From contig CAWJIM010000002.1 in the NCBI GenBank assembly GCA_963842945.1, positions 128,001-192,000 on the forward strand: DNA of 64,000 nucleotides, written 5' to 3'. A program made the translations under genes and the position numbers. This document shows positions 1 through 11,857 of the stretch, piece after piece. Under the pieces are notes generated by a model. That model had not been told where the DNA came from and made no database searches. It saw only the letters and a program-made list of their open reading frames with translations. Within the stretch, counting starts at the first letter, position 1. Each line of letters begins with the position of its first letter. The DNA comes from an uncultured Gemmatimonadales bacterium (GTDB lineage Bacteria; Gemmatimonadota; Gemmatimonadetes; Gemmatimonadales; GWC2-71-9).

Positions 1-742
1 TGGTGCAGCACGTTCATGATGGCGAGGCACACGTCGAGCCCGATGAAGTCGGCCAGCGCCAGCGGTCCCATCGGATGCGCCATGCCGAGCTTCATCACCG
101 TGTCGATCGCCTCGGGCGCGGCGACGCCTTCCATCACGCAGAAGATCGCCTCGTTGATCATCGGCATCAGCACCCGGTTGGTCACGAAGCCGGGATAGTC
201 GTTCACCTCGACCGGCGTCTTGCCCAGGGCTCGCGCGGTCTCCATCACCGTCGCCGTGGTGCTGTCGCTGGTGGCGTGGCCCCGAATCACCTCGACCAGC
301 TGCATCACCGGCACCGGATTCATGAAATGCATGCCGATCACCTGCTCCGGCCGGCGAGTGCGGCCCGGCGATCTCGGTGATCGAGATGGAGCTGGTGTTG
401 CTGGCCAGGATGGCCTCGGGCCCGCAGATCCGGTCGAGCTGCTCGAACAGAGAGAACTTGACCGCCGGGTTTTCGCTCGCCGCTTCGATCACGAGCTCGG
501 ACTCGGCCACCGCGGTGCAGATTGGTGCCGCTCGAGATCCGGCCCAGTACCTGATCGGGCGCGTCCGGCGGGAGCGTGCCCTTCTTCACCTGGCGCTCGA
601 GGTTGCTGCGGATCGTGGCAGTGGCTTTCTCCAGGGCTGTGGGCGCGGTGTCGACCAGCGCCACCGCCCAGCCATGCTGCGCGAAGACGTGGGCGATCCC
701 GTTGCCCATCGTTCCGGCACCCACCACCGCGGCGCGCTTCAC
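1..742 (-). CDS. hbd: 3-hydroxybutyryl-CoA dehydrogenase (3' end outside window; indels near 360 and 510)
   Basis: [24 protein letters not shown]ossmann start; [26 protein letters not shown] and [11 protein letters not shown] motifs across frames; GTG start overlaps the upstream stop. Confidence 0.9.
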
Positions 743-1603
743 GAGGGATCCCGCCGGGCCCAGCGCGCCATGATCAGCAGGGCGCCGGTGATGGCGCCGG
801 TGGCGAGCAGTCCTCCCTCGGGGCCGAAGTGTCCGCCCGAGAGCCAGACCGGATCGCCGGCGCGGTAGTCGAGCAGGGGAATGCTGAAAGGCAGCCCGCT
901 CACCGGAGCGTCGAGCGCGGCAAGCGTGGCGTTCCATCCCAGATGCGCGCCGAACGCGGTCCACAGCCCGCCGGGCGCATAGAAGGCCACGCCCAGGAAG
1001 ATTCCCGCCAGAGCGATGTTGCCCAGACCGAGCGGAGTGATTCCGGGGTTGAGTCCGTGGAAGAGCGCGAAGATCAGACCCGCCACCAGGACCAGCGCGG
1101 TGCCCCGGCCGATCGCCGCGGCCACCAGCACCAGCGGCAGGCCGCGGAACATGACCTCCTCGCTCAGGGCGGCCGGAGCGAGAACCAGCGAAGTCTTGAG
1201 CACCTGTCCCAGGTAGTCCCCCATTCCGCCGGTGTCACGGGACCAGTGCGAGTTGGCTACCAGGACCGCGGCGAGCAGAGCGACCGCGGCGGCCCCCGCG
1301 CCAAGAGCCAGGCCGGTCACCAGTCCCGGCGCCCCCGCCGGGGCCGGAACCAGCGCAGATCGGAGCGGTCCGAGCCGGAGCACCCGAAACCCTATGACCC
1401 AGGTGGCGAAGCCGAAGCCGAGCAGCTGGCTCGATCCCGGCAACGATGATCTGTGCGCGCCCCGGGCTGGATCATGTGTCTGCAACCCCTGCGACAGGTT
1501 GCCGTAAGCCAGTCTGCGCCCAGAGCGCCATGACCGATCCGCTGACGGCAATGCCCAGCAGCATAAAGGCGACCGACCAGCCGATCGCCTTGGGAAGGGA
1601 CAC
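739..1603 (-). CDS. CPBP family intramembrane glutamic endopeptidase (CAAX protease-like); indel near 1450
   Basis: EEVMFRG, FALFH and AHLGWN motifs; hydrophobic segments. Confidence 0.85.
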
Positions 1604-1629
1604 TCTCTCGGAGCCGGTAGCCGGAGAGG

Positions 1630-2218
1630 TCAAAGCAGCGGGCGAAGCCTGGGTCCGACGGCCAGGATGATTGCCGCCGCCAGGCCGACCTTGAGAAGGT
1701 CGCCGGTAAGGAAGGGAACGAAGCCGATCCGGAACGCCAGAGCAGGATCTCCGCCCAGCAGGGCGAGCTGAGCGACGCCGCCGAAGTGAATGATGACCAT
1801 GCCGATGGCGCAGGCCAGGAGCACCCGCAGCACTGAGGAAGGCGCTGGCCGCACCAGAGCGCCGGTGACTCCCGCTGCGACCGGAAAGGCGAGCAGATAC
1901 CCGCCGGTTGGGCCGATCAGATGCAGCACTCCGGAACCGCCCGCGGCGAAGACCGGCAGACCCAGAGCACCCAGAGCGATGTAGAGGACCAGTGCGCTCA
2001 CGCCGGCCGCGGCGCCGAGCAGACCGCCTACCGCCAGCACCGCCAGCGGCTGGAGCGTCATCGGCACCGGACTGAAGGGCACCGGCACCACGACTTGCGC
2101 CGCCACAGCCACCAGCAGCGCGCCGAGCGCTGATGGGGCCCGCCGTGCGGGCGATTCGTGAGAGGCGTGAGCGGTGCTCGGCTGACGGCAGAGCCGCTCG
2201 ACCGGTTTCCAGATCCAT
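1630..2218 (-). CDS. bioY: Biotin transporter BioY (indel near 2130)
   Basis: AAQVVVPVPFSPVPMTLQPLAV, GLPVFAAG, GPTGGYLLAFP and PFLTGDLLK BioY signatures. Confidence 0.9.
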
Positions 2219-3409
2219 TTAGATAAGCTCCACGCTCAGGGCCACTGCGTTTCCGCCGCCGAGACAGAGGGTGGCGAGACCGGTGCTGCCGCCCCGATCC
2301 CGCAGGGCGTACAGCAGGGTGGTGAGAACCCGGGCGCCGCTGGCACCGATGGGGTGGCCGAGCGCCACCGCGCCACCGTTGACGTTAACCCGGCTCCAGT
2401 CCCAACCCAGCTCCCGGCCGTCGGCCAGCGCCTGAACCGCAAAGGCCTCGTTGGCTTCGATGAGGTCGTAATCGGAAATCCGGGTGCCGGCCTTTTCCAT
2501 CAGCGCGCGCACCGCGATGACCGGCGCAAAGAAGAGGTCCCGGGGCTCACCACCGCCGGTCGAGTACCCGGTGACCTTTGCCAGCGGAGTGAGTCCGTGC
2601 GCCTTGGCAAACGCGAGCGAGGTGACCACCAGCGCACTGGCCCCGTCGTTCAAGCCGGGAGCGTTGCCGGCAGTGACCGTTCCACCATCCTTGCGGAAGG
2701 CCGGCTTCAGCTTGGCCAGCGTCTCGGCCGTGGTGTCTCTGCGAGGCGCCTCATCGGTGCTGACCGTCGTCGGCCCCGCCTTGCCGGGAACCTGAACCGG
2801 CAGGATCTCGGCCTTGAACTTTCCAGCATCGATCGCGGCGATGGCCTTCCGATGGCTGTCGTACGCGAACGCATCCTGATCGGCCCGGCTGACTCCCGCC
2901 TTCTCCGCGGTGTACTCGGCGTACTCTCCCATGTGGCAGCAGCCGAACGAGTCCCAGAGTCCATCGTGGATCATTCCATCTACCATCGTCTGGTTCCCCG
3001 CCTTGATCCCACTGCGCATGCCGTACACGTAGTGCGGGGCGCTGGACATCGACTCCTGGCCGCCGGCCACGATGCACTCTGCGTCGCCGGCCTTGATGGC
3101 CTGAGAGCCGAGCATGACGGCCTTGAGACCGGAGCCGCAGACCATGTTGATGGTGAGCGCGGGAATCGAAGCCGGAAGTCCGGCGTGGATCTGCGCCTGG
3201 CGCGCGGGCGCCTGTCCCGACCCACCCTGCACCACCTGGCCCATGATGACGGATTCCACCGCAGCAGGATCGACCCCGGCGCGGGACACGGCGTCGCGGA
3301 GGACCATGGCGCCGAGCTGAGGAGCGGTAAATGACGAGAGTCCGCCGAGATAGCGGCCGATGGGCGTGCGGACAGCGGAAAGAATGACGGGGGTCGTGCT
3401 ATCGCTCAC
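2219..3409 (-). CDS. atoB: Acetyl-CoA C-acetyltransferase (thiolase)
   Basis: [22 protein letters not shown] and CLGGG thiolase motifs; intact 396-aa ORF. Confidence 0.95.
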   Translation of the reverse strand: MSDSTTPVILSAVRTPIGRYLGGLSSFTAPQLGAMVLRDAVSRAGVDPAAVESVIMGQVVQGGSGQAPARQAQIHAGLPASIPALTINMVCGSGLKAVMLGSQAIKAGDAECIVAGGQESMSSAPHYVYGMRSGIKAGNQTMVDGMIHDGLWDSFGCCHMGEYAEYTAEKAGVSRADQDAFAYDSHRKAIAAIDAGKFKAEILPVQVPGKAGPTTVSTDEAPRRDTTAETLAKLKPAFRKDGGTVTAGNAPGLNDGASALVVTSLAFAKAHGLTPLAKVTGYSTGGGEPRDLFFAPVIAVRALMEKAGTRISDYDLIEANEAFAVQALADGRELGWDWSRVNVNGGAVALGHPIGASGARVLTTLLYALRDRGGSTGLATLCLGGGNAVALSVELI

Positions 3410-3567
3410 GTGTATTGATCCGGTTCAGGTTCGCTGCGGCAAAAGTATGCCCAAACAGCCGGTTTGTCACCTCAAGAAGAACCGGAAACCGGATACGAAG
3501 TTCCTGCGTCATGGGTTCTTGGCCGGCGGTCTTTCAGTAGCAGCGGAGTAAGTGCAACGGGCAACAG

Positions 3568-3673
3568 CGCAGGCGGAACGGGCTTCGGTTCGGAGGCAGG
3601 CTCCCAGGGGAGAGGTGGGCGGTTGTCGCGGAGCCTGCCGGAGAGCCCAGGTCCGTTCCGCCTGCGACAACCG
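3568..3673. other. Nested stem-loop, candidate structured RNA or REP-like element
   Basis: Perfect 14-bp stem 3568-3581/3653-3666, inner 10-bp stem 3595-3604/3630-3639, alternative 10-bp pairing 3620-3629/3664-3673. Confidence 0.55.
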
Positions 3674-3689
3674 GCGAGCAGCGGTGCGT

Positions 3690-3807
3690 CGGGCGAGCCG
3701 ATTGCCCTTCCGAGGCCGCGTTAGGGCGCGGCGCTGCGTCTATACTAGATCTAGCTTAGTGACGACAGCGCCCTGACTGCGGCCTCGCAGGGCAATCGGC
3801 TCGCCCG
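3690..3807. repeat. Palindromic REPIN/MITE-like element, copy 1
   Basis: Perfect 19-bp terminal inverted repeat CGGGCGAGCCGATTGCCCT (3690-3708/3789-3807) with longer imperfect arms; homologous to 19703-19810 in reverse orientation. Confidence 0.8.
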
Positions 3808-3830
3808 TAGCCGACCGTCACCCAGTCGTG

Positions 3831-5770
3831 CTACGGCACCATGAGCCGGCTGCGGACTTCTTCGCTGACCCGCTCGATGAACGCGCCGACCGGGATCACC
3901 TCCTGCTTCTTCCCCGCCCCGCGCACCCGCAGCGCCAGGCTGTCCGACTCCACTTCGCGCTGCCCCAGCACCGCCATGTACGGCACCTTCTGCAGCTCCC
4001 CTTCGCGGATCCGGTAGTTCAGGGTCTCGCCCCTGGCATCCACGTGCACCCGGAGCCCGGCCGCCTTCAACCGGCCGGCCAGCTGAGTCGCCGCATCCGC
4101 CTGGGCATCGGAGATCGGAATCACCCGCACCTGCTCCGGCGCGAGCCACACCGGAAACGCACCGGCAAAGTGCTCGATCAGGTTGCCGATGAAGCGCTCC
4201 AGCGTTCCGTAGATGGCGCGGTGAATCATCGCCGGCCGGTGAGGCCGGTTGTCGGCCCGGTGTACTCCAGCTCGAATCGCTCGGGCAGATTGAAGTCGAG
4301 CTGGATGGTGGGGCCCTGCCAGAGCCGTCCGATCGCGTCGCGGAACTTGATGTCGATCTTGGGGCCGTAGAACGCGCCACCGCCTTCATCGACCCGGTAG
4401 GGGATTCCCTTCCGCTCCAGCGCGCGCTTCAACATGCTCTCCGCCCGATCCCAGATCGCGTCGTCGCCCAACCGATCCGGCGGCCGGGTCGATACCTCGA
4501 AGTCGAGCTCGAAGCCGAAGGTCTCCCGCACCAGCCGGTCCACCTGGTCCAGGCAGAGGAAGATCTCGTCCTCCACCTGATCCATGGTGCAGAAGATGTG
4601 GGCATCGTCCATCGAGAGGCCGCGCACCCGCAGCAATCCGTGCAGCACACCGGAGCGCTCGTTGCGGTACACATTGGCCACCTCGGACAGCCGCACCGGC
4701 AGATCGCGATAGCTCCGCTGCTGGCTCTTGTAGATCAGCGCGTGCATCGGGCAGTTCATCGGCTTGACCCGATAGCGCACGTCTTCGGCCTCCTCGTGCC
4801 CCGCCGCCATTGCCGGGTACTGGTTGGCCTCGTACAGCGGCAGATGCCCGGAGATCTTGAACAGCTCTTCCCGGGTGATGTTAGGGGTATAGACCAGCTC
4901 GTACCCGTGCCGCACGTTGTCGTCTTCCACGGCGCGGGTCAGCAGCCACTTGATCAGCGCGCCCTTGGGGTGCCAGAACACCAGGCCAGGACCCACCACT
5001 TCCTGGATGGAAAAGAGATCGAGCTGCTTCCCCAGCACCCGGTGATCCCGCCGGCGGGCCTCCTCCAGCCGGTGCAGGTAGGCGTCGAGATCCTCCTTCT
5101 TGAACCAGGCGGTGCCGTAGATCCGCTGCAGCATCTGCCGCTTTTCGTCGCCCCGCCAGTAGGCGCCGGCGGCATGGAGCAGCTTGAAGTGCTTGAGCCG
5201 GCCGGTGCGAGGGATGTGGGGCCCGCGGCAGAGATCGACGAAGGGTCCGTCGGTGTAGACGGTGATGGTCTCGTCCTCGCCCAGCTCGGCGATCCGCTCC
5301 AGCTTGAGCGGGTCATCGGCAAACCGGCGGTTGGCCTCGGCCCGATCCACCACCTCGCGGACGAAGGGGAAATCGCGCGCGGCGACCTCCGCCATCTTGG
5401 CCTCGAGCCGCTGGAGGTCTTCCGGGGTGAAGGGGCGGTCCACCTGGAAGTCGTAGTAGAACCCGTCCTCGATCGGCGGGCCGAAGCCGATCCCCGCATT
5501 GGGGAACAGCTCCCGCACGGCCGTGGCCAGAATGTGCGCCGATGAGTGCCGGAGCACCGGCAGCGCATCAGGGTCGCGATCGGTCAGGATGGAAACCTGG
5601 GCATTCGAGTCCAGGGGCCGGTCGAGATCCCAGATCTCGCCGTTGACCCGGGCTGCAATCGCGGCCCGCGCCAGACCGGGGCCGATGCTTTCGGCGATCT
5701 GCCGCGGGGTGGTTCCGGCTGCCGCCTCACGCTGGCTCCCGTCCGGAAGGGTGACCTGGAGCACGTTCAC
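3831..5770 (-). CDS. thrS: Threonine--tRNA ligase (indel near 4240)
   Basis: TGS domain, RHSSAHIL, DLCRGPH, KPMNCP, HRAIYGTLERF and anticodon-binding domain. Confidence 0.97.
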
Positions 5771-5919
5771 CGGGGCCCTTCCTGCACCGTGGGGGGAACC
5801 GCGGGCTTGGTCGAAGGCGCAAAGTAGAAGAACAGCGCAATGCCGGCGATCACGATGGCCGCTACGACCAGCCACCGGACCAGCTCGGAGCCGGACACTG
5901 TTACCCGATCATCATCCAT
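5767..5919 (-). CDS. Small single-TM membrane protein (50 aa), absent from the ORF track
   Basis: Manual translation MDDDRVTVSGSELVRWLVVAAIVIAGIALFFYFAPSTKPAVPPTVQEGPR*; its TGA overlaps the thrS GTG (GTGA). Confidence 0.65.
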   Translation of the reverse strand: MDDDRVTVSGSELVRWLVVAAIVIAGIALFFYFAPSTKPAVPPTVQEGPR

Positions 5920-6007
5920 GGGCGACGCCCTCGAGAAAAATTCCTGCTATGGTTCCGGAAAAAGGTTAACTTAATGGCAGTACGATTTCTTCTGTAAGAG
6001 GATACGC

Positions 6008-6418
6008 GTGCGTCGAGACGAGCTGAGCGGGACCCAGATCTTCCTGTGGACCACCCTTGGCGTTGGGACCGGTCTGATGGCCGGATTTGCCCTGAGCGAG
6101 TGGGTGGGAGGCGTAAACCGGACCCGGTTTCGTCGCGCCACCCGACGCCTGGGCCAGCAGGCGCCCGCGCGCTCCACGCCAGCCGCTTCCGCTCGGGCGG
6201 TCGAGGCCGCTCTCCAGGGCGAGCCCCGGCTGTCGGGCTTCAGCATCGAGGCCATGGCGGTGAGCCGCGGAAGCGTCGAGCTGCGCGGGTGGGTCAAGGA
6301 CCGGGGCAGCCGGACCCTGGCCGCGCGGATCGCCCGCGCGGTCCCGGGAATCGATAGCGTGATCAACAGCATTCTGGTCCGCGGAGAAGACGACAGCTTT
6401 CCCGGCGGTAAGCGGTGA
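6008..6418 (+). CDS. BON domain-containing protein
   Basis: N-terminal TM segment; GSVELRGWV...[22 protein letters not shown] pattern; GAGGA RBS. Confidence 0.85.
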   Translation: MRRDELSGTQIFLWTTLGVGTGLMAGFALSEWVGGVNRTRFRRATRRLGQQAPARSTPAASARAVEAALQGEPRLSGFSIEAMAVSRGSVELRGWVKDRGSRTLAARIARAVPGIDSVINSILVRGEDDSFPGGKR

Positions 6419-6431
6419 CCGACCAGAGCGC

Positions 6432-9125
6432 ATGACCGAGCCGCTCGCCCCACAATACAATCCATCTTCCATCGAGTCCGGGCTCTACCGCTGGTGGTCT
6501 GAGCGCGGACTCTTCTCACCCGAGCGGCATGCACCGGGGTCGGGCGAGCCCTACGTGATCATGATGCCGCCACCCAACGTGACCGCGGTGCTGCACATGG
6601 GTCACGGCCTCAACAACACGGTGCAGGATGTGCTCATCCGGTTCGAGCGCATGCGCGGCCGGCGGGCCCTGTGGCTGCCGGGAACCGACCACGCCGGCAT
6701 CGCCACCCAGAACGTGGTCGAGCGTCTGCTCGCCGAGCAGGGCCTTACTCGGTTCGACCTGGGCCGGGATGCGTTCGTGGAGCGGGTCTGGGAGCACGTG
6801 CGGGTTACCGGCGCCGCAATTCTCGATCAGCTCAAGGCCATCGGCTGCTCTGCCGACTGGTCCCGGACCTACTTCACCCTGGACGAGGGGCTCTCCCGCG
6901 CGGTGCGGGAGGTGTTCGTTCGGCTTTACGAGCAGGGGCTGGTCTATCGCGGCCATTACATCATCAACTGGTGTCCCCGCTGCCTCACCGCTCTCTCGAA
7001 TGAAGAGGCGGAAAAGGAGGAAGTGGACGGCCAGCTCTGGCATCTTCGCTACCCTCTCGCCGACGGCAGCGGCCACCTTACCGTCGCCACCACCCGTCCC
7101 GAGACGATGCTGGGCGACACCGCCGTCGCGGTTCACCCGGAGGACGAACGGTACCGGAACCTCATCGGCCGAGACGTTCGCCTGCCGCTGGTGGACCGCC
7201 TCATCCCCGTCATTGCCGATGACGCGGTGGACCCCGAGTTTCGGCTCCGGTGCCGTGAAGGTCACCCCGGCACACGATCCGGCTCGACTTCGAGATCGGG
7301 CGCCGGCACCAGCTCCCCAGCATCGACATCATGACCCCGGAGGCCCGAATCAGCCTGGCGGCGCCGCCGCGCTTTCAGGGGCTGGACCGGTACGAGGCCC
7401 GCCGCCGGGTGGTGGCGGAGTTCGAGGCAGCCGGGCTGCTGGAGCGGGTCGAACAGCACCGCCATGCGGTGGGACATTGCTACCGTTGCGATACCGTGAT
7501 CGAGCCCCGGCTCTCCGATCAGTGGTTCGTGCGGATGGAGCCATCTGGCTCGGCCGGCGCTCGCGGCATACCGCGACGGAACCCTCCGCTTCGTGCCCGA
7601 GCGCCGGGGCGATGACTACGCCGCCTGGCTGGAAGGCATTCGCGACTGGTGCATCTCCCGCCAGCTCTGGTGGGGACATCGAATACCGGTCTGGTACTGC
7701 GAGGCGCCCGGCTGTGGCAAGACCAGCGTCAGCCGTAGCGATCTTGAGGTGTGTCCCTCGTGCGGCGGCCCGGCCCGGCAGGATGAGGACGTACTGGACA
7801 CCTGGTTCTCCTCCTGGCTGGTGCCCTTCTCCAGCCTGGGCTGGCCCGACCGCACTGCAGACCTGGAGACGTTCTATCCCGGGCACACGATGGTATCGGC
7901 CCCGGAGATTCTCTTCTTCTGGGTGGCCCGGATGATCATGTCCGGGTTGCACTTCATGGGAGAGGTGCCGTACACCGACATCTACCTGCATGGCACCGTG
8001 CGGGACACGCAGCACCGCAAGATGTCCAAGTCGCTGGGCAACGGCATCGATCCACTGGAGGTGGTTGAGCGCTACGGCGCGGACGCGCTTCGCTATTCGC
8101 TGATCTCCGGCATGTCGGTCGGCACCGATGTGATTCTCGATCCCAACGATCTGGAGGCATCGTTTGCCGCCGGCCGCAACTTTGCCAACAAGCTGTGGAA
8201 TGCGGGCCGCTTCATTCTGTCCAATCTCGACGGCACTCCCCGCCCGCTCGCTGGAGCCGGACGCCAACGCGGTGAGACCCGACGAGCTCACCCTGGCGGA
8301 CCGCTGGATCATCGCCCGCTGCGATGCCACCGTTCGGGAGGCGACCGACGCCTACCAGCGCTTCCGGCTGAACGACGCCGCCGGAGCGATCTATCACTTC
8401 ATCTGGAGCGACCTGGCCGACTGGTACATCGAGCAGGTGAAGCCGCGCCTGTATGGCGATGTTCCCGGCGGCGATGTTGCTCGAGCGGTGCTGTCCCAGA
8501 CCTTCGACGTGGCCCTCCGGCTGCTGCACCCGGTGATGCCGTTCATCACCGAGGCGCTGTGGCGCCGCTTCCCCGGCCGGACCGAAGACGCCTCCATCTC
8601 CATCGCTCCGTGGCCTCGGCCCGATTCCCGGGCCCAGGGACCGGACGCACTCGCTCGATTTCGGGCTGGTGCAGGAGCTGGTGAGCGGCATCCGCGTCAT
8701 CCGGGCCGAATATGGAGTGCAGCCGGGGCAGGCGGTAAGCGCGGTGGTCACTGGAGAAAACCAGGCGAACCTGGCCGCGCTGCGGGAGGAGCGGGCAACC
8801 ATCGTTCGGCTGGCCAAGCTTTCCGATCTTTCCTTCGAGGAGCCAACCGAGCGCGTCGGCGGCCACGCCGTGCTCTCCGACGGCACGCGCAGTGTTCGTG
8901 CCGCTGGGCGAGGCCATCGACGTCGGCCGGGAGTGCAGCCGGCTGAGCTCGGAGGTGGACCGCCTGATCCGGCTGGTGGAATCGCAGGAGAAGAAGCTGG
9001 GCAACGAGCAGTTCGTCTCCCGCGCACCGACGGAGGTGGTGGAGCGGGAGCGGCAGAAGCTCACCACCTGGAAGGAACAGCGCGAGGTGCTGCTGAAGAA
9101 GCGGGAGCTGCTGGGGTGTGGGTGA
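6432..9125 (+). CDS. valS: Valine--tRNA ligase (several indels)
   Basis: [40 protein letters not shown] and C-terminal coiled coil. Confidence 0.97.
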
Positions 9126-9126
9126 G

Positions 9127-9270
9127 GCGGGGCAGCGAGGCGGCGGGGCAGCGGGAAAGTCGCTTGACCTGGAGTAGTGCATCGCGTCGGCCAACGTCCT
9201 GCTACCCCGCTGCCCCGCTGCCCGGCTGTTAGCCGCCCTGCTGCCCATCTGCCCCGCTGCCCTGCTCTCC
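9127..9270. repeat. Degenerate 8-mer tandem/inverted repeat (GCGGGGCA / TGCCCCGC)
   Basis: gcggggcagcgaggcggcggggcagcggg followed by ccccgctgccccgctgcccggc and later ctgccccgctgccctgc. Confidence 0.65.
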
Positions 9271-10500
9271 TGCGCCCGCATTGAGCCACCTCCCGGGGGA
9301 CCGCCGGACCGGGCTCCGCCCCGCCTGATCGCTACCAAGCCCGACTCGTTTGCCGTCCTTCGCGCATTCAAGGGGAATGCCGAGTTCGAGTTCGATGAGG
9401 TGATCTCCGAGGGCGGAGCGCCCAATCGCGGCGAGGGAACCGGTGGCCTGGAGAAACTGATCGTCCTGTCGCCCACCACCGAGTTTCCCGACGTGAGCTG
9501 GAAGCGCGATCGGATCACGGTGAAACCCAAGGGAGGCTGGCGTCCCAACCGGGTCTACCGGGTGCAGCTCCTTCCCGGTGTGACCGACCTCAGAAACAAC
9601 CGGAGCAACGAGGGAGCGGTGCTGACCTTCACCACCGGGGCGCCCCGGCCCCAGAACACGCTCAAGGGCACCGTCGTAGACTGGACCACCAGCCGCCCGG
9701 CCGCCAATGCCCTGATCGTCGCGACGCTGCTTCCCCGATAGCTTGGTCTATCGTGGAGTGGCCGACTCCAGCGGGCGCTTCTCCGTCGGGCCCGCTTCCG
9801 GCCGGGGATTACCTCGTTACCGGCGTGCTGGATCAGAATCAGAATCTGCGGCAGGATGGCCGGGAGGCCTACGGCAGCGGCCGCCTGGCCCGCGGAAAGT
9901 CCGATGTGGGACAGTTGTGGGCCTTCGTTCACGACACCAATCCGCCCCGCATTCAGACCGTCACGGCGGACGACAGCGTATCCGCAACCGTTGCCTTTAC
10001 CCAGATGCTCGACCCTCGTCAGCGGCTCACTCCCAAGGACGCGCGGCTCCGTCTCCTGCCGGACTCAACCCCGGTGACTATTACGTCGCTCCTGCCCAAG
10101 CCGGTGGACGACAGCCTGCACGGACGGGCGGCCGCGCCGGACACCACGGCCGCTGACACCCTTGAGACCCGCGACTCGCTGGCTCCGGGGAAAAAGCCGG
10201 CGCGCGGCCCGACACCGCGCCCTGAGCGGAACGAGGTCCTGACCGGCCGGCCGCCGCTGTTCGATCGTCTGACGCTGAGGGTTCCTCGCCCCTGGGCACC
10301 GGGCTCGCGGCTGGTGCTCGAAATCCGGGGGATTCGCAACGTCACTGGGGTAGCGAGGTACGGCCGTGGGTGTGGTCGCCGTCCCGGAGCGGCCCAAGGC
10401 CACTCCTCAGGACACGACCAAGAAGCGCGCGGTGCGCGACTCGACCCAGAAGCCGCCAGCTCGCCCCCCAGCTCAGCCAGCCCCAGCTCGGCCGAAATAG
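9181..10500 (+). CDS. Ig-like (SbsA/Big_5-type) domain lipoprotein (start uncertain; indels near 9738, 9790 and 10355)
   Basis: LLSCARIEPPPGGPPDRAPPRLI lipobox plus PPGGPxD motif, FDEVI and RPNRVYRVQLLPGVTDLRNN; TAG at 10498-10500 in the shifted frame. Confidence 0.75.
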
Positions 10501-10502
10501 TC

Positions 10503-11857
10503 ATGGACCAGCGGAGAGAGCTTCCCTCGGTGGACCGGCTGCTCCATCAGCCCGGCATTCAGCAGCTGATGGAGACGGCGCCACGGAGCGCCGTCGTGGC
10601 CGCAGTGCGCGAATCGCTCGATGCGGCCCGTACCCGGCGCGCCGGGCCTCCCGAGCGCTGGGAGGAGGACGTGCGTGAGCGGCTGGCGAAAAACATCGGG
10701 GCAGGGCTGGTGCCGGTGCTCAATGCAACCGGCGTGGTCCTGCACACCAATCTGGGGCGGGCGCCGCTGGCTGAATCCGCCATGGAAGCGATGACCTCGG
10801 TGGCACAGGGTTACAGCAATCTGGAGCTCGACCTGCCCTCGGGTGCTCGAGGCAGCCGGAGCGACCACTGTCGAGGGCTCCTGCGTGCCACCACCGGCGC
10901 CGACGATGCGCTCGTGGTCAACAACGCGGCCGGAGCATTGGTGCTGGCGCTTAATGCCGTGGCCGAGGGCCGGGACGTGGTGATCTCTCGAGGGGAGCTG
11001 ATCGAGATCGGCGGCTCGTTCCGGATACCGGACATCATGGCGAAAAGTGGCGCCCGGCTCCGGGAGATCGGGACCACCAATCGCACCCACTTGCAGGATT
11101 ATCGTGATGCCCTGGACGGCGCCGCGGCGATTCTCACGGTCCACCGCTCCAACTTCGAGCAGCGCGGTTTCGTGACCTCTCCGCGAGCCCGCTGAGCTGG
11201 TCGAGCTGGCCGATGAGGCCGGCATTCCCTACCTCTACGACGTGGGCAGCGGGCTCCTGGCAGACCTCTCACCCTGGGGACTCGCAGAGCGAGCCCCGCG
11301 TGCCGGACGCGGTAGCGAGCGGCGCCGGACTGGTCGTGTTCAGTGGCGACAAGCTGCTGGGCGGTCCTCAGGCCGGCTGTTTGGTCGGCCGGCAGCACCT
11401 CATCGCGCAGTGCCGCCGCAATCCCCTGGCCCGGGCGCTTCGGTCGGACAAGCTGACCCTTGCAGCGCTCGCGGCTACGCTCGCGTTGTATCAGGATCCC
11501 GAAAACGCTATGCGCGCAATTCCGGTGCTCGCCATGCTGACGCTTTCGCCGGAGGAGCTGGCCCGCCGCGCTTCCCAGCTCGCCTCACTCTGTCCCGCAG
11601 CTGTGCGAGCCTCGACCCTTCCCGGTGAGTCCGCCGTGGGCGGCGGCTCGTTTGCCGGAGCCATCCTGCCCACAACCGTGGTAGCGATCGATGCCGGCCC
11701 CCTCGGCGCCGACGGCCTCGCTCTTCGGCTTCGGCTGGGCAGTCCAGCCGTGGTCGCCCGGGTGATGGCAGACCGGGTGCTGTTCGATCCCCGGACGCTG
11801 CCGGAGTCGAGCTTTCCTGCCGTGGCCCGGGCCATCGAGGCCGCTCTCCTCTCGTGA
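10503..11857 (+). CDS. selA: L-seryl-tRNA(Sec) selenium transferase (indels near 11183 and 11285)
   Basis: VLNATGVVLHTNLGRAP, SRGELIEIGGSFRIPD, GTTNRTH and FSGDKLLGGPQAG (PLP lysine). Confidence 0.95.

Noticed and set aside
3399..3512. 37-aa leader ORF (MTQELRIRFPV...) upstream of the thiolase
   Set aside because: It overlaps an AT-richer probable promoter, has atypical codon usage and no clear RBS.
3568..3673. SRP RNA, 6S RNA or T-box identity for the hairpin
   Set aside because: It lacks the SRP GNRA-loop/AGCAG motif and the T-box sequence, lies downstream rather than upstream of thrS, and is short for 6S.
9753..11195. Ig-domain-SelA fusion
   Set aside because: An indel near 10355 explains it. 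The alternative frame ends at TAG 10500, 2 nt before the selA ATG.
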